Source of the DNA: a virus
Taxonomy: Duplodnaviria > Heunggongvirae > Uroviricota > Caudoviricetes
Length of the DNA: 62,764 bases
Strand: one strand, 5' to 3'
Virus record (IMG/VR): IMGVR_UViG_2516143071_000006
Shown: one piece after another, positions 12,301 to 20,074 of the stretch
Layout of the letters: each line of letters starts with the position of its first letter
How positions within the stretch are numbered: position 1 is the stretch's first letter
Translations under genes and position numbers: made by a program
Notes under the pieces: model-generated
What the model was told of the DNA's origin: nothing
The model's input: only the letters and a program-made list of their open reading frames with translations
The model's database searches: none

Positions 12301-14706
12301 TATTTCCCCCTGGCGACCAGCGGCATTTTCCGGTGCCTGCTCACGTCCTTTCTGGAAACTCTGGCCCTTCACCTCACCGGTTGTGGTAAAACGACCACCA
12401 CGTCCGGCCTGATTTTCATCCGGCGTACGCGCCACTTCTCCTGGTAACGGATATCCCTGTCCGGGATGAATATCGCCGGGAGCGGGAAGGCGTGGACGCT
12501 CAGTTAACTCCTGTGCTGTCGGACCGGCATCACCTTCAGCCATCTGGGAACGCACCAGTTCTTCCGCCGTCGGCGCGTTGCCACGGGCAAGACGGGCCTG
12601 CACTTCTGTATCATCCCCCGTAAAACCACGGAATCGCGGGTCACGCATGAACGCGGGCTGTTCCATCGGATCAGCATCAGTAATACGCTCTCCGTCAGCC
12701 AGAGTGTTAATGGTCTCCGTTGCCACATCTTCAGAGAACGCAGGATTATCCATTTCAACGGCATACTGATTCTCGCCTTTCTTCACTACGGACGGTTTCA
12801 GGCCGGTGGCGCTGGCATTGCGGAAAACGTCGCTCCCCAGAGCACTTTTTTCATCCGTGAAATAACGGTTGTCCGGACGCACCTTTTCAATGCGTTCTGC
12901 TGGTCTGGACGCACCACTCTCGTTAATTTCAATACGAACTTCATCCGGATCGCGGAACCGCACCGTCGGGTAAATACTCCCGTCGCCATCATCCGCATTT
13001 TCCGGCTGTGGCTGTGCCTCCGGTCTGGCCTCCCGCTGAGGGCGAAGCACATCACGTATTGCCTGTAACTGCTGCTCTTCAGTATCAGTACGCCCTTCCT
13101 TCTGGCTGAGTTTTCGGTATTCCTCAAGCAGTTCAGGGCGCGGCTTCGCCTTCAGCTCATCCATCACCGCCTGTCGCTTCGCCTGTTCATCCAGTTCATT
13201 CAACAGCTGGCTGGCGGCTTCCCGGCGATGAACGGCAGACGTGTCTCCCTCATGTGCCATATCCGCATCAGCATACTGTTCCAGAAGCTGCTCGCGATTC
13301 ATCCCCTGCATAGATTCACGATGCTGTGCCACCGGATCAACCGGTTCGGGTTGCGGAGCCGATTCGTCCTGAGGAACGCTTTCAGCCTCACGCATGGCTG
13401 CTTCATCTGCCGCCTGACGTTTTCCACGATATCCGGCAGCCGCACCGAATGGTGCCCCCATTGCAGCACCAAGGGCTGCACCTTCGATCGTTGCGTCAGC
13501 CACGCCCTCCCACGGTGACACATCCATTCCGGCGGTCTCACGCAATGCCGTGTTTTCCTGATAGCGTGAATAGCCACCCTGCGCCGCATTAATCGTCCCC
13601 TGTTCCGTGGCATTTCTGACAATGCCGCTTTTAACGGTCTTCGCCGTGCCCCGCATCGCCAGATTAAGCAACTGAGCATCGCCCAGTTTTGCCGCCATGG
13701 CATTCACAGCCAGCAATTCAGGATCGGTTGCCAGTTGCGCACGCACCTCATCGGCAACACGCTCTTTTGCCAGGTCCATTTTCTGGCGGTCAGTAAGCTG
13801 CGCGTGCTGCGGATCTGCATCAATTGACAAAAAGGTCTGCTGAAATTTCGGTGACTTCGCCAGCTCAGAATAATCCGCGTTAAGAACAGCATCTGCCGCT
13901 GCCATTGCACTCCGCCCTTGCGCACTGACAGTGGAATGGGTGATCAGGCCTGCCTGGAAAAAATCCGGCATTTTTTTATCGACAGCTTCGGCTGCCAGTG
14001 CTGTGGCTCTTTCCGGCTGCATCCCTGCCGCGATGTATTTTTTCTCCAGCCCGGCGGTCAGCACTTTTCGCAGAGTGACATCACCCAGCTTTTTAGTCAC
14101 ACCGCCTGCAACCATATCCGGTACAAGCGCACCAATCAGGTTAACCCCTTTCGCTACCCAGACCGCTGAATCATCATATCCTTCAGTCATCGGTGTATTC
14201 AGCGCCCGCTGCGCCCCCGGCGACATCTTGCCAGTCAGCCATTCATCCGAGGCTTTAGCGCCGCCACTGACTGCCTTGCCTGTGACCTTCAGACCTTTAC
14301 CGACAGTATCAGTAACCGCATTTTTTCCATCAGGCAGAGTGTCGATGACCTCATCCGCCCCCTTGCTGCCACCGACAAAAATATCCTGAACAGTTGCTAC
14401 TCCCGGCAGCCCCATACGGCTGAACTCATTTAAAATACGTGCCCCTGTTTTTACCGGGCTCTGAATCATCGCATCACCGAGTCCACGGGCCATTTCCCCT
14501 GTCCCCCGGACGGACTGGGCGACACCTTTCCCCATAGTTGGCAATACATCGCCCAGGCTGAACGACGTGCTGTTGTCCTTCCAGCGATTGGGATCGGAGA
14601 AAAACACATCATAGCTGTCAGTCTCTCCCGGCTGCTGAATGTTCAGGCTGTTGCGGCTCTGGTTGCCAAATTGCGCTTCAGGGCGCTGTTCATCGGAATA
14701 AGCCAT
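6355..14706 (-). CDS. Giant 2783-aa phage protein with a zincin-like HEXXH motif; likely virion-associated polyvalent or ejected protein
   Basis: Uninterrupted 8.35-kb ORF at the distal end of the late gene block; ALAHEWFHSLD motif; long low-complexity acidic and Pro/Gln-rich linkers. Confidence 0.85.
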   Translation of the reverse strand: MAYSDEQRPEAQFGNQSRNSLNIQQPGETDSYDVFFSDPNRWKDNSTSFSLGDVLPTMGKGVAQSVRGTGEMARGLGDAMIQSPVKTGARILNEFSRMGLPGVATVQDIFVGGSKGADEVIDTLPDGKNAVTDTVGKGLKVTGKAVSGGAKASDEWLTGKMSPGAQRALNTPMTEGYDDSAVWVAKGVNLIGALVPDMVAGGVTKKLGDVTLRKVLTAGLEKKYIAAGMQPERATALAAEAVDKKMPDFFQAGLITHSTVSAQGRSAMAAADAVLNADYSELAKSPKFQQTFLSIDADPQHAQLTDRQKMDLAKERVADEVRAQLATDPELLAVNAMAAKLGDAQLLNLAMRGTAKTVKSGIVRNATEQGTINAAQGGYSRYQENTALRETAGMDVSPWEGVADATIEGAALGAAMGAPFGAAAGYRGKRQAADEAAMREAESVPQDESAPQPEPVDPVAQHRESMQGMNREQLLEQYADADMAHEGDTSAVHRREAASQLLNELDEQAKRQAVMDELKAKPRPELLEEYRKLSQKEGRTDTEEQQLQAIRDVLRPQREARPEAQPQPENADDGDGSIYPTVRFRDPDEVRIEINESGASRPAERIEKVRPDNRYFTDEKSALGSDVFRNASATGLKPSVVKKGENQYAVEMDNPAFSEDVATETINTLADGERITDADPMEQPAFMRDPRFRGFTGDDTEVQARLARGNAPTAEELVRSQMAEGDAGPTAQELTERPRLPAPGDIHPGQGYPLPGEVARTPDENQAGRGGRFTTTGEVKGQSFQKGREQAPENAAGRQGEILEGETVRRGLPSPDEQNATAPVREGLPAPESQRGVDMPQPESLPRMVRDSLPELAQQAEARRQTGDNRQTITDVPDTEVPVPVDKPSTHQQVRGAKIEDFGEEIKGAAKHRYAQLAEAMGKTLEDGEYATQPLSKLFPKPDYARLEKEGVDSDTLAMMALYRSEIPTRTSRNMQKWISIVKSGREATAGMLEGKIPAAKLADMMDSKPGLRSMSDTWKLLRTLSALQIDKASGYRVRSGVYSFVGGKRYDPPQMMYSLRDSKGRDLFFSESRDELLKKAKAYFDEQGSRERETPATSADDRITFDVYRHKASGDIFIGYGKNRQKLKGGFESARDAHDYVRTHRDELVNQVKALREVSREEQRNATNRDRTGPERRKGDVSPEQFSDAFGFRGVQFGNYVESPRRQADLNRAYDSLHDLADVLNVPTKALSLNGRLGLAFGARGKGKAAAHYEPGEVAINLTKGNGPGALAHEWFHSLDNYFGRYDVSTDGKITSGGDYMTEAQRAGRVFKDGRYVDAEYPVRQEVYDAFKGVMKAINSSDMLRRSERLDGVRSKPYWSTDVEMAARAFERYVQDKARMAGVENDYLVNIRKADDHGQLDTYAYPTNAELDGGIREAFDHLFRTLKTRETDKGVEFYSRKGVTRTPEGNLISDVNRSAEAKGSPVPQVEAVARGVISGIKDSDLKVRVVKSQKEAEALAGESFDGYGKVHAFYRPDKREIVLVADNIPDGRTVREKLRHEIIHHAMEHVVTPAEYQTIIKTVLKTRDSDNATIREVWRKVDASYGKESPEVQAGEFLAHMAEKQPIKFVAAWERVVALVKGVLRRTGLLKPTELNDIRLVRETIRTLGQRVREGYTPREDGADASSQYSRSGKPDPFKVPEGEGERYRDDLARMMKSLRSTDLTVNIGRTPPVLRHLGAPDLPLVISRDTVRKATNGVKHVVPMDVIERLPELMHDPDAIYRSATERNAVVMLLDAVDKNGDPVVSAVHMKAVRSRLEINKVASVYGTENGKKLKSMEMTGLTLYRREKLSRDNLLHRGLQLPKGEHSYRGSVDKILYPEDIRKGPYYSRTSSLTPEETIASRFVRQMQDKFQVLKAVQENIRKTGGKIDDSNNAYMAEELFHGKAENDLNVMKERYVQPLAKLLADYKIAQADLDEYLYARHAPERNAHIAKINPKMPDGGSGMTNAEAAEIMQRVRNSGKQAQYDRLAGIIDDMLARRREIIREAGLEESGVVDAWQKAYRYYVPLKGQDVDGVVSQPRTGKGFTIGGRESKQAMGRASRAQSPSTQAIQDLSESLIRNRKNEVGNAFLKLVQDNPDKDYWQVFTDDRPDTMRVIAERKDQETGETIREVVERPVPMAMMADRYFTTKKDGKTYYIKLHDPRLMRAMKNMGPETSNAVIRTLGKVNRFLATVNTSYNPEFLVSNFIRDVQTAVMNLKAEQGRSDGKLKGLDNLSALAVVKDSRSAMSAVYASLRGKTLTGKGAQWQKVWKEFVEDGGKTGWFNMGDLEGQQKEMDRLVSLAKGGWKGQSIGAWHSFLNLVEDANGAVENALRLSAYKHARDAGLSRQQAASLAKNMTVNFNRRGEQGALMNSLYMFANASIQGTANLVRTLGHLNGDGPLLERLRWKNLNVPQKIALAAVGAGYLLGSLNRSVAGEDDDGVNWYDKVPYHVKERNLVIMKSMFGGRAGEYWSIPLPYGYNVFFLLGHTSEGVAAGDLTASRAAGNVVGGILGAFSPIGSETSETLSGALLKNAAPTILRPFANLAMNENFMGAQIYQENMPFGTPKPDSQLGRRSTPEAYKAFAFWLNAFSGGSQYRPGAVDITPESLKFWIDYISGGTGRFISKTTDAAVKSLNGIDIPEQQVPFLGKISGEVMPYADQQKMYDRMTEVAQYHAELKSLTGAERTAFIDENNGKLLMNGLMQDTRKRLKDLRKQRDAIYADSSLSLAQQAAMVKSVERDMKVAVDRFNREYNKKVGVD

Positions 14707-14774
14707 ACAGACTCCATAAAAAAACCCGGCACAATGACCGGGTATCAGGAAATAGTATTAACGGGAATGGTGAA

Positions 14775-16040
14775 TTACTGCGCGTAATTCTGTTTCAGAC
14801 CACGGATAAACTCAGATGCAGAGGCCGCGCTATCATCCCTGGCCTGTTCCCCCCTGGCCTTTTGAATACGGAGAAAATTCGCATACCCGTGTTCCAGCAA
14901 TTTCTGATTCTGAGGCTCCAGCATTTCTGGCTGACGGGAGGCCACTTCTCTGGCAAATGCCTGCTTATCCGGATCATCACCCGCCCAACTGGTAATCCCT
15001 TGTTGAATTTTTTGCTGCTGAATTTGCTGCTGATACTGCGGCAGTCCCATCGAAGCATAATATTGCGTCACTGCTCCCTGCGCATCACCGCCGTCCTGTG
15101 CAACCTTTATCGCTACCTGGCTGGCTCCTTTCTGAAGTTGATCCGCAGAAAGTCCCTGCTGCTTCGGCGTGAAATAGCCGAAATTTTTCGAAATTTCCGC
15201 GAATTTACTGCGATCCCTGACAAGCTCAACAGCCTTATCAACAGGCACCGCCAGCACGGTTTGATCATCAGGATGTGCACTGCCGTATTCCGTAACGGGT
15301 TTATGTGCTGTAGAGCCATCACTGTATGTGAGATCAAGGCCGATAAGTATGTACCCTTCCTGCTGTGCCGGTACTATACTGCCAATCCTGGCCTCTTTTA
15401 TCGTCTTTTTCCCGGTTGAATCGGGCATGCCAATACGCTGTTGCAGTTCCGGGCCAAACACCCCGGAAAGGACATCAAGATTCTCCGGCGTATTAAGTGA
15501 AGCGATAGCCCTGTCTGGCTTGTCATCAAAGATTTTTTGCAGGTTGTTCACGGCCTGACCCGCTTTCGCTACATAGCCATCATTCGCCATCAGCCTCAGC
15601 GGATTACCCTCTGACAACTGGCCGTAAAGACGCATTGCTGCATCCCGATCGCCAGCATCCACAGCCTTTCCAAGCGCCGCCATCACAGGCTGATCGCGCG
15701 CCAGCATATCGTTATACTCAAGCCGTCGCTGGTTGTATTTCTGCATCCGGAGTCGCTGCTGCTCCATACCCAGCGACGCATTCCGGTAATTCTGGTTGGC
15801 GTTAAACTCCCTTTCCTGCAGTGCATAATTACGGTCGTCGACTTTGGCTCTGTAATCAAAGTTCCGCTGATCAACGTCTTTATTATGTTCAAACTGCGAC
15901 TGTGCAAATTCAAAATCGCGCTCGTTATTTTTCTGTTGTTGAGCAAGCTGTGCTTCTCGCAAACCAAGTTCCTTACGACGGGTCATTGCCTGGTCAACCG
16001 TGCTGAATCCGGCAAGTAAACCCTGTGCAAATCCGCTCAT
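14775..16040 (-). CDS. Hypothetical coiled-coil protein (possible internal virion or ejection protein)
   Basis: 421-aa ORF, Gln/Glu/Arg-rich helical N-terminus; immediately upstream of the giant ORF. Confidence 0.55.
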   Translation of the reverse strand: MSGFAQGLLAGFSTVDQAMTRRKELGLREAQLAQQQKNNERDFEFAQSQFEHNKDVDQRNFDYRAKVDDRNYALQEREFNANQNYRNASLGMEQQRLRMQKYNQRRLEYNDMLARDQPVMAALGKAVDAGDRDAAMRLYGQLSEGNPLRLMANDGYVAKAGQAVNNLQKIFDDKPDRAIASLNTPENLDVLSGVFGPELQQRIGMPDSTGKKTIKEARIGSIVPAQQEGYILIGLDLTYSDGSTAHKPVTEYGSAHPDDQTVLAVPVDKAVELVRDRSKFAEISKNFGYFTPKQQGLSADQLQKGASQVAIKVAQDGGDAQGAVTQYYASMGLPQYQQQIQQQKIQQGITSWAGDDPDKQAFAREVASRQPEMLEPQNQKLLEHGYANFLRIQKARGEQARDDSAASASEFIRGLKQNYAQ

Positions 16041-16050
16041 TCACCACTCC

Positions 16051-16302
16051 TTAAAACAAAGAACCAGCAATACCACCTATGACAGCACCAATAGCCGCAC
16101 CGGGGAGACCACCAACAGCAGCGCCCATAGCTGCACCCGTACCAATTCCCGTGCCGATATTCTGTTTGTTCTGTGCTTTCTGTTGCGCCGCCATCATCTT
16201 GTTTGACGCCTCAATTTCTTCACGTCGTCTGTCTGCATCACTTATTCCCTGTAATGCCTCACGCCGTGACTGATTCGCAATATCCAGTAAACCGTATCCC
16301 AT
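16051..16302 (-). CDS. Small glycine-zipper membrane protein
   Basis: C-terminal GTGIGTGAAMGAAVGGLPGAAIGAVIGGIAGSLF. Confidence 0.5.
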   Translation of the reverse strand: MGYGLLDIANQSRREALQGISDADRRREEIEASNKMMAAQQKAQNKQNIGTGIGTGAAMGAAVGGLPGAAIGAVIGGIAGSLF

Positions 16303-16311
16303 ATTTCCTCC

Positions 16312-16764
16312 TTAAGCTGACACCAGTTGTCCGCCAACACTCAGTTGCTGTCTTGCAGGTGCAGAAGCCCCCGTCAGTATGTTCATCTGACGATCCTGCT
16401 CTGCTTCACGGATACCATTTTTCGCGCCAGCAATTGCCAGGGCATTACGTAACCCCAGCGTATTACTGTTGGGATTATCAGGTCGGTTAACGCCATATCG
16501 TGCCATCTGGTTATCCTGCGCCATCTGCGCTGTACGGAGACTGGAAGTGGCAAGGCCGCCCACCCGGGCAAGCTGCGCATTCATCAGGCTGTTGTTCTCG
16601 CCAAGGTCAGCCAGCCTTGCCACGCGGGGCAAATATCTGGTTCGCCAGTCGTCGTATTGTTGGCGTGTCAGCGCTGCTGACGTCTGCCAGTCACCCTGTG
16701 GGCGGGCTGCTCCTGAATAACCAGCCCTTGCGAGAGTTTCGTATTTACCGTACTCCATAATCAC
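16312..16764 (-). CDS. Hypothetical phage protein
   Basis: 150-aa ORF in tight series with its neighbours. Confidence 0.5.
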   Translation of the reverse strand: MIMEYGKYETLARAGYSGAARPQGDWQTSAALTRQQYDDWRTRYLPRVARLADLGENNSLMNAQLARVGGLATSSLRTAQMAQDNQMARYGVNRPDNPNSNTLGLRNALAIAGAKNGIREAEQDRQMNILTGASAPARQQLSVGGQLVSA

Positions 16765-17417
16765 AGTCTCCAGTTCTGAGCCTGATGCTGAATGGCATTA
16801 GCGCCGGTGCCAGGTGTTTTAGCACCGCCACTTCCTCCGCTACCGCCAGCCTTATGCATCGCATATGCACCAACCGCACCCAGACCAGCGCCAACAAGAG
16901 AGGCTCGCCCCTGCTGTTTCGTAAACGCAGCCTGTGCGTCCGATTTAGCTTTTGCCAGACTGCTGTCTGCCAGCGAGTTAAAACTCTGTAACGCATCCGC
17001 CTTTTGACCAGAACCGAGAGCAGCAACATCCTGTAGCCCGGCAACATACTTATCTGCCTGCGATACCTGCCCCCGTGTGGTTGTGTCAATCTGCCCGGTT
17101 ACCTGATCACTCTGGTTCGCATTCATTACCGCGTTAAAGCGACCACTGGACGGGTCAACACCGGACTGAGTAAGATTACCCGCCAGCTCCTTCCGTGCTT
17201 CGCCAAACTGTTTCTGATACCCCAGATTTGTGGTGCCAGCAATATTGTCGTACTGCTGCTCACTGTTAAGGTTATCGACCTTTTCCATGAAGTTATCTTC
17301 AGCCGGGCGGAGGATTTTTTGATAATCCTGCCACCCTTTCCAGGCCACTTCTTCCTGTGCTATTTGCGCTGCTGTTGGTTTTACTTTGGTATCACCACCG
17401 CCTTTTTTTCCGCCCAT
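16761..17417 (-). CDS. Hypothetical phage protein (Gly/Ser-rich termini)
   Basis: 218-aa ORF; start follows an RBS just downstream of a terminator hairpin; stop overlaps next start. Confidence 0.5.
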   Translation of the reverse strand: MGGKKGGGDTKVKPTAAQIAQEEVAWKGWQDYQKILRPAEDNFMEKVDNLNSEQQYDNIAGTTNLGYQKQFGEARKELAGNLTQSGVDPSSGRFNAVMNANQSDQVTGQIDTTTRGQVSQADKYVAGLQDVAALGSGQKADALQSFNSLADSSLAKAKSDAQAAFTKQQGRASLVGAGLGAVGAYAMHKAGGSGGSGGAKTPGTGANAIQHQAQNWRL

Positions 17418-17432
17418 TATGGCTCCTCAGAT

Positions 17433-17459
17433 AACAAAAAACCCTGCCGGGGCAGGGTC
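17433..17459 (-). terminator. Intrinsic terminator candidate
   Basis: Minus-strand hairpin accctgccccggcagggt followed by a U-run. Confidence 0.45.
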
Positions 17460-17508
17460 AGAATGTGAATTGCAATTGGTTTACACACGATAATGAATAC
17501 AGTGGCAG

Positions 17509-17910
17509 TCAGACCGCTATCCTGAACACCATGAAGCCATCCTCATCATCCGGCATTCGCTCAAAGCCCAGACGTTTTCCCAGCCGGATAAATCCCCGCC
17601 TTGCCGTGTGGAATTCAGCCCAGCGTCCGCCAGCCAGACGGGTTAATGTCTTCACCTCCGGCAGATAACGCTCAACACCGGCACTCCCCGTACACACACC
17701 CAGCAACACCAGAACATAAGGGATACCGTCGTCACTGAGCACAGAACGCAGCACCAGAAAACCATCCGGTGCCTCAAAGCAAAACGCCTGCTTTTTAAGG
17801 CAGGCGTCTTTAACTTCATTCATAAATTCAGGGTTGCGGGAATTTCTCACAACACGCTGCATATACCGGAGAATTTTGTCGTCCATTCTCTCACCAGAAA
17901 CGAGTGCCAT
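17509..17910 (-). CDS. Hypothetical protein (moron-like, between two terminators)
   Basis: 133-aa ORF. Confidence 0.45.
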   Translation of the reverse strand: MALVSGERMDDKILRYMQRVVRNSRNPEFMNEVKDACLKKQAFCFEAPDGFLVLRSVLSDDGIPYVLVLLGVCTGSAGVERYLPEVKTLTRLAGGRWAEFHTARRGFIRLGKRLGFERMPDDEDGFMVFRIAV

Positions 17911-17966
17911 ATCGGCTGAACCTCAGCAACCAGTTGACGGGAACTTTCGTCCCCGTCGCGGTTTTC

Positions 17967-18107
17967 CTACTGCTTACACTGTAAGAACGCCGCAAACTCC
18001 GCCCCCCACAAATTCAGCCGGAGCTCACACAGCGAACCGTGTAACATCCAGATGGTGAAGATTACCGTCATACAAATTGTGACGGTGATGAGCGATTTTT
18101 GCGACAT
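17967..18107 (-). CDS. Hok/Gef-family-like small membrane toxin (46 aa), not in the ORF track
   Basis: MSQKSLITVTICMTVIFTIWMLHGSLCELRLNLWGAEFAAFLQCKQ: one TM helix then SLCEL...EFAAFL as in Hok-family proteins; AGGAGG 8 nt upstream of the ATG. Confidence 0.45.
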   Translation of the reverse strand: MSQKSLITVTICMTVIFTIWMLHGSLCELRLNLWGAEFAAFLQCKQ

Positions 18108-18291
18108 AGCGCTTGCCTCCTGAGTGGAGAGGCGCTAACCTTCTACTTGCTTAAGGTATGATGGTTAGGGCCTCGGGTTAAACAAAATGTTTGACTCGGG
18201 GCCTTTCCCCACATCAGGCCTTCAGGTTCACCTTCCAGCCATCAGCCGAAAGGCACCCGCGCATAATCTACGATTTTTGCCCTGCACGGGC

Positions 18292-18319
18292 AACAAAAAA
18301 CCCGCCATCACAGCGGGTT
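18292..18319 (-). terminator. Intrinsic terminator downstream of lom
   Basis: Minus-strand hairpin acccgctgtgatggcgggt followed by uuuuuug. Confidence 0.5.
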
Positions 18320-18341
18320 ATGACATGTTGTCGGGTATTAC

Positions 18342-19079
18342 TCAGAATTTCAGGCCAATGCCTGCAAATAAACCATCAGTTTTCCAGTCGCCAGAGCCTG
18401 AGCTTTCATAAGTGACGTCCATAGTAACACTTTCATTGAAGTTAAATTGCGCGCCGACAGACCATGCAATAGACGTTTTTTTGGTGCTGTTACTTTCAGA
18501 AAAACTACCGGCACCATGATTAAGATTGTCGTTAATTTTCAAGTCAGTGGTGACTTTTGCAACCCCCATACCAGCCATTGCATACACACTGAGGTATTCG
18601 TTAAACCGCCACGAAGGACCGGATAGTAGACTCCAGTAATTAGCCCTGATATCAGTTCTCGCTGAAGCTGCCGGGTTTTTTACCTCTCGTGATGGAGCGG
18701 AAGGCTTAACATCAATAAATGCCTGCGCATTAGTCATGGAGCGCGCCCATGTAAAAGAGGCTATAACACCCAGTTCATCAGTTATCTCGTAACGATACCT
18801 GATGCTCATCCCCAGGGGGCTTTTGGCTGTGCCGTCATGCCCCCGGGCAATAGCATTTTCGTATTCACCTGATGAATTAAAATGGTTTACGTTTACAACA
18901 TTCCTGAACGTATCCCGGTTATAAACACCCGCGTCTCTAACAAAATCCTTCAGCCCGGGGAAGCGTATGTGTGCAAACCCGAGAGATACCGTACTATCGC
19001 CTGATGCTGCATTTACCTGTGCAGTTAAGCAACTCATCACCAGAACTGCACACGCAAAAAATTTCATGATACTTTTCAT
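18342..19079 (-). CDS. lom: Lom/Ail/OmpX-family outer-membrane beta-barrel protein
   Basis: Signal peptide (MKSIMKFFACAVLVMSCLTAQVNA), alternating beta-strand pattern, C-terminal aromatic residue. Confidence 0.8.
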   Translation of the reverse strand: MKSIMKFFACAVLVMSCLTAQVNAASGDSTVSLGFAHIRFPGLKDFVRDAGVYNRDTFRNVVNVNHFNSSGEYENAIARGHDGTAKSPLGMSIRYRYEITDELGVIASFTWARSMTNAQAFIDVKPSAPSREVKNPAASARTDIRANYWSLLSGPSWRFNEYLSVYAMAGMGVAKVTTDLKINDNLNHGAGSFSESNSTKKTSIAWSVGAQFNFNESVTMDVTYESSGSGDWKTDGLFAGIGLKF

Positions 19080-19158
19080 TTTAAGTATTTCTCTGAATTA
19101 AAGGATGCGATGTCTGAAAGGAACGCTTTCGTTTTACACTATTAAAGTTTTTCTTACG

Positions 19159-19776
19159 CTAATCATATATTGAGGAACTAATAACCAGAACTTTATCTAT
19201 ATACGGCTTTCGGATATCCCATGTTGCACCACCGGAATAATGCTCACAGGAATATATTTTATTTCCTGTAGCACCAGTAGATGTGGTGTAAATCGGTCGG
19301 TCATAAGGTGTTCGTTTCCAGTTATAATATCCAACCAGTGCAGGCATAATTGCGCATGGATATCCAAGATCCTTCTCAAACTTGATATCAACTGGTATTA
19401 ACTTCGCGTCAAGCAGCATCATTTCGCCATGGTAAATCATCTCACCCGACGGGTTATACATGGCGATACCATACTCAGAAGGTTGAGTAACCATATTCGC
19501 AAAAGCATAAACAGTCGTAACACCGGGATTCGTTCCCCTGACAATTTGATGAAGCCTTAAGGCATGATATCCATCAATCTGTTCATGCGTGTACATGACA
19601 TCGGCCTTCTTCTCTGTTCTGATAAAGAAAAAACAACTTTTTCCTGACGGAATTGACGTTTTAAAAAAAGCCTTCTCAGTCGCCGGAATAGTTCCCTTAT
19701 TGATCAGACACTGAGGCGTAAACCCCGGGCTTATCCACAAGCTGCCATCTGGTTTCGTAATGCTTAAACCATACAT
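19159..19776 (-). CDS. Hypothetical phage protein
   Basis: ORF 19159..19785 with an internal ATG at 19776 preceded by an RBS. Confidence 0.45.
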   Translation of the reverse strand: MYGLSITKPDGSLWISPGFTPQCLINKGTIPATEKAFFKTSIPSGKSCFFFIRTEKKADVMYTHEQIDGYHALRLHQIVRGTNPGVTTVYAFANMVTQPSEYGIAMYNPSGEMIYHGEMMLLDAKLIPVDIKFEKDLGYPCAIMPALVGYYNWKRTPYDRPIYTTSTGATGNKIYSCEHYSGGATWDIRKPYIDKVLVISSSIYD

Positions 19777-19781
19777 ACAAC

Positions 19782-20060
19782 TCACCCCCAGAATGTATAA
19801 ATATATGACCCCATCCCCTGCTCAAGATTTGACCACGTCACCGTATTGCCATTAATGGTTATCTTCGGTACTTTCCGGTCCTTAAATACATTATTCCACG
19901 GAAATAATGAACAGACTGCCTGCAATGTTTTCCCTTCTGGTTTATTCGTATACGTTTTTGATCCCGACTCCGCCGTAAACCTGTCCAGGAAAAATATGGG
20001 AGTAAGCACGCCCGTAACATTAACGTTATTTCTGTTATAAATGGCAAAACCGTATTCCAA
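19782..20060 (-). CDS. Hypothetical phage protein
   Basis: 92-aa ORF directly downstream of the tail fibre gene. Confidence 0.4.
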   Translation of the reverse strand: MEYGFAIYNRNNVNVTGVLTPIFFLDRFTAESGSKTYTNKPEGKTLQAVCSLFPWNNVFKDRKVPKITINGNTVTWSNLEQGMGSYIYTFWG

Positions 20061-20074
20061 TACTCACCTCCTGA

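Noticed and set aside
6613-14389. Many 60 to 200-aa plus-strand ORFs antisense to the giant gene
   Set aside because: All are embedded in the 8.35-kb minus-strand ORF and lack RBS or family resemblance.
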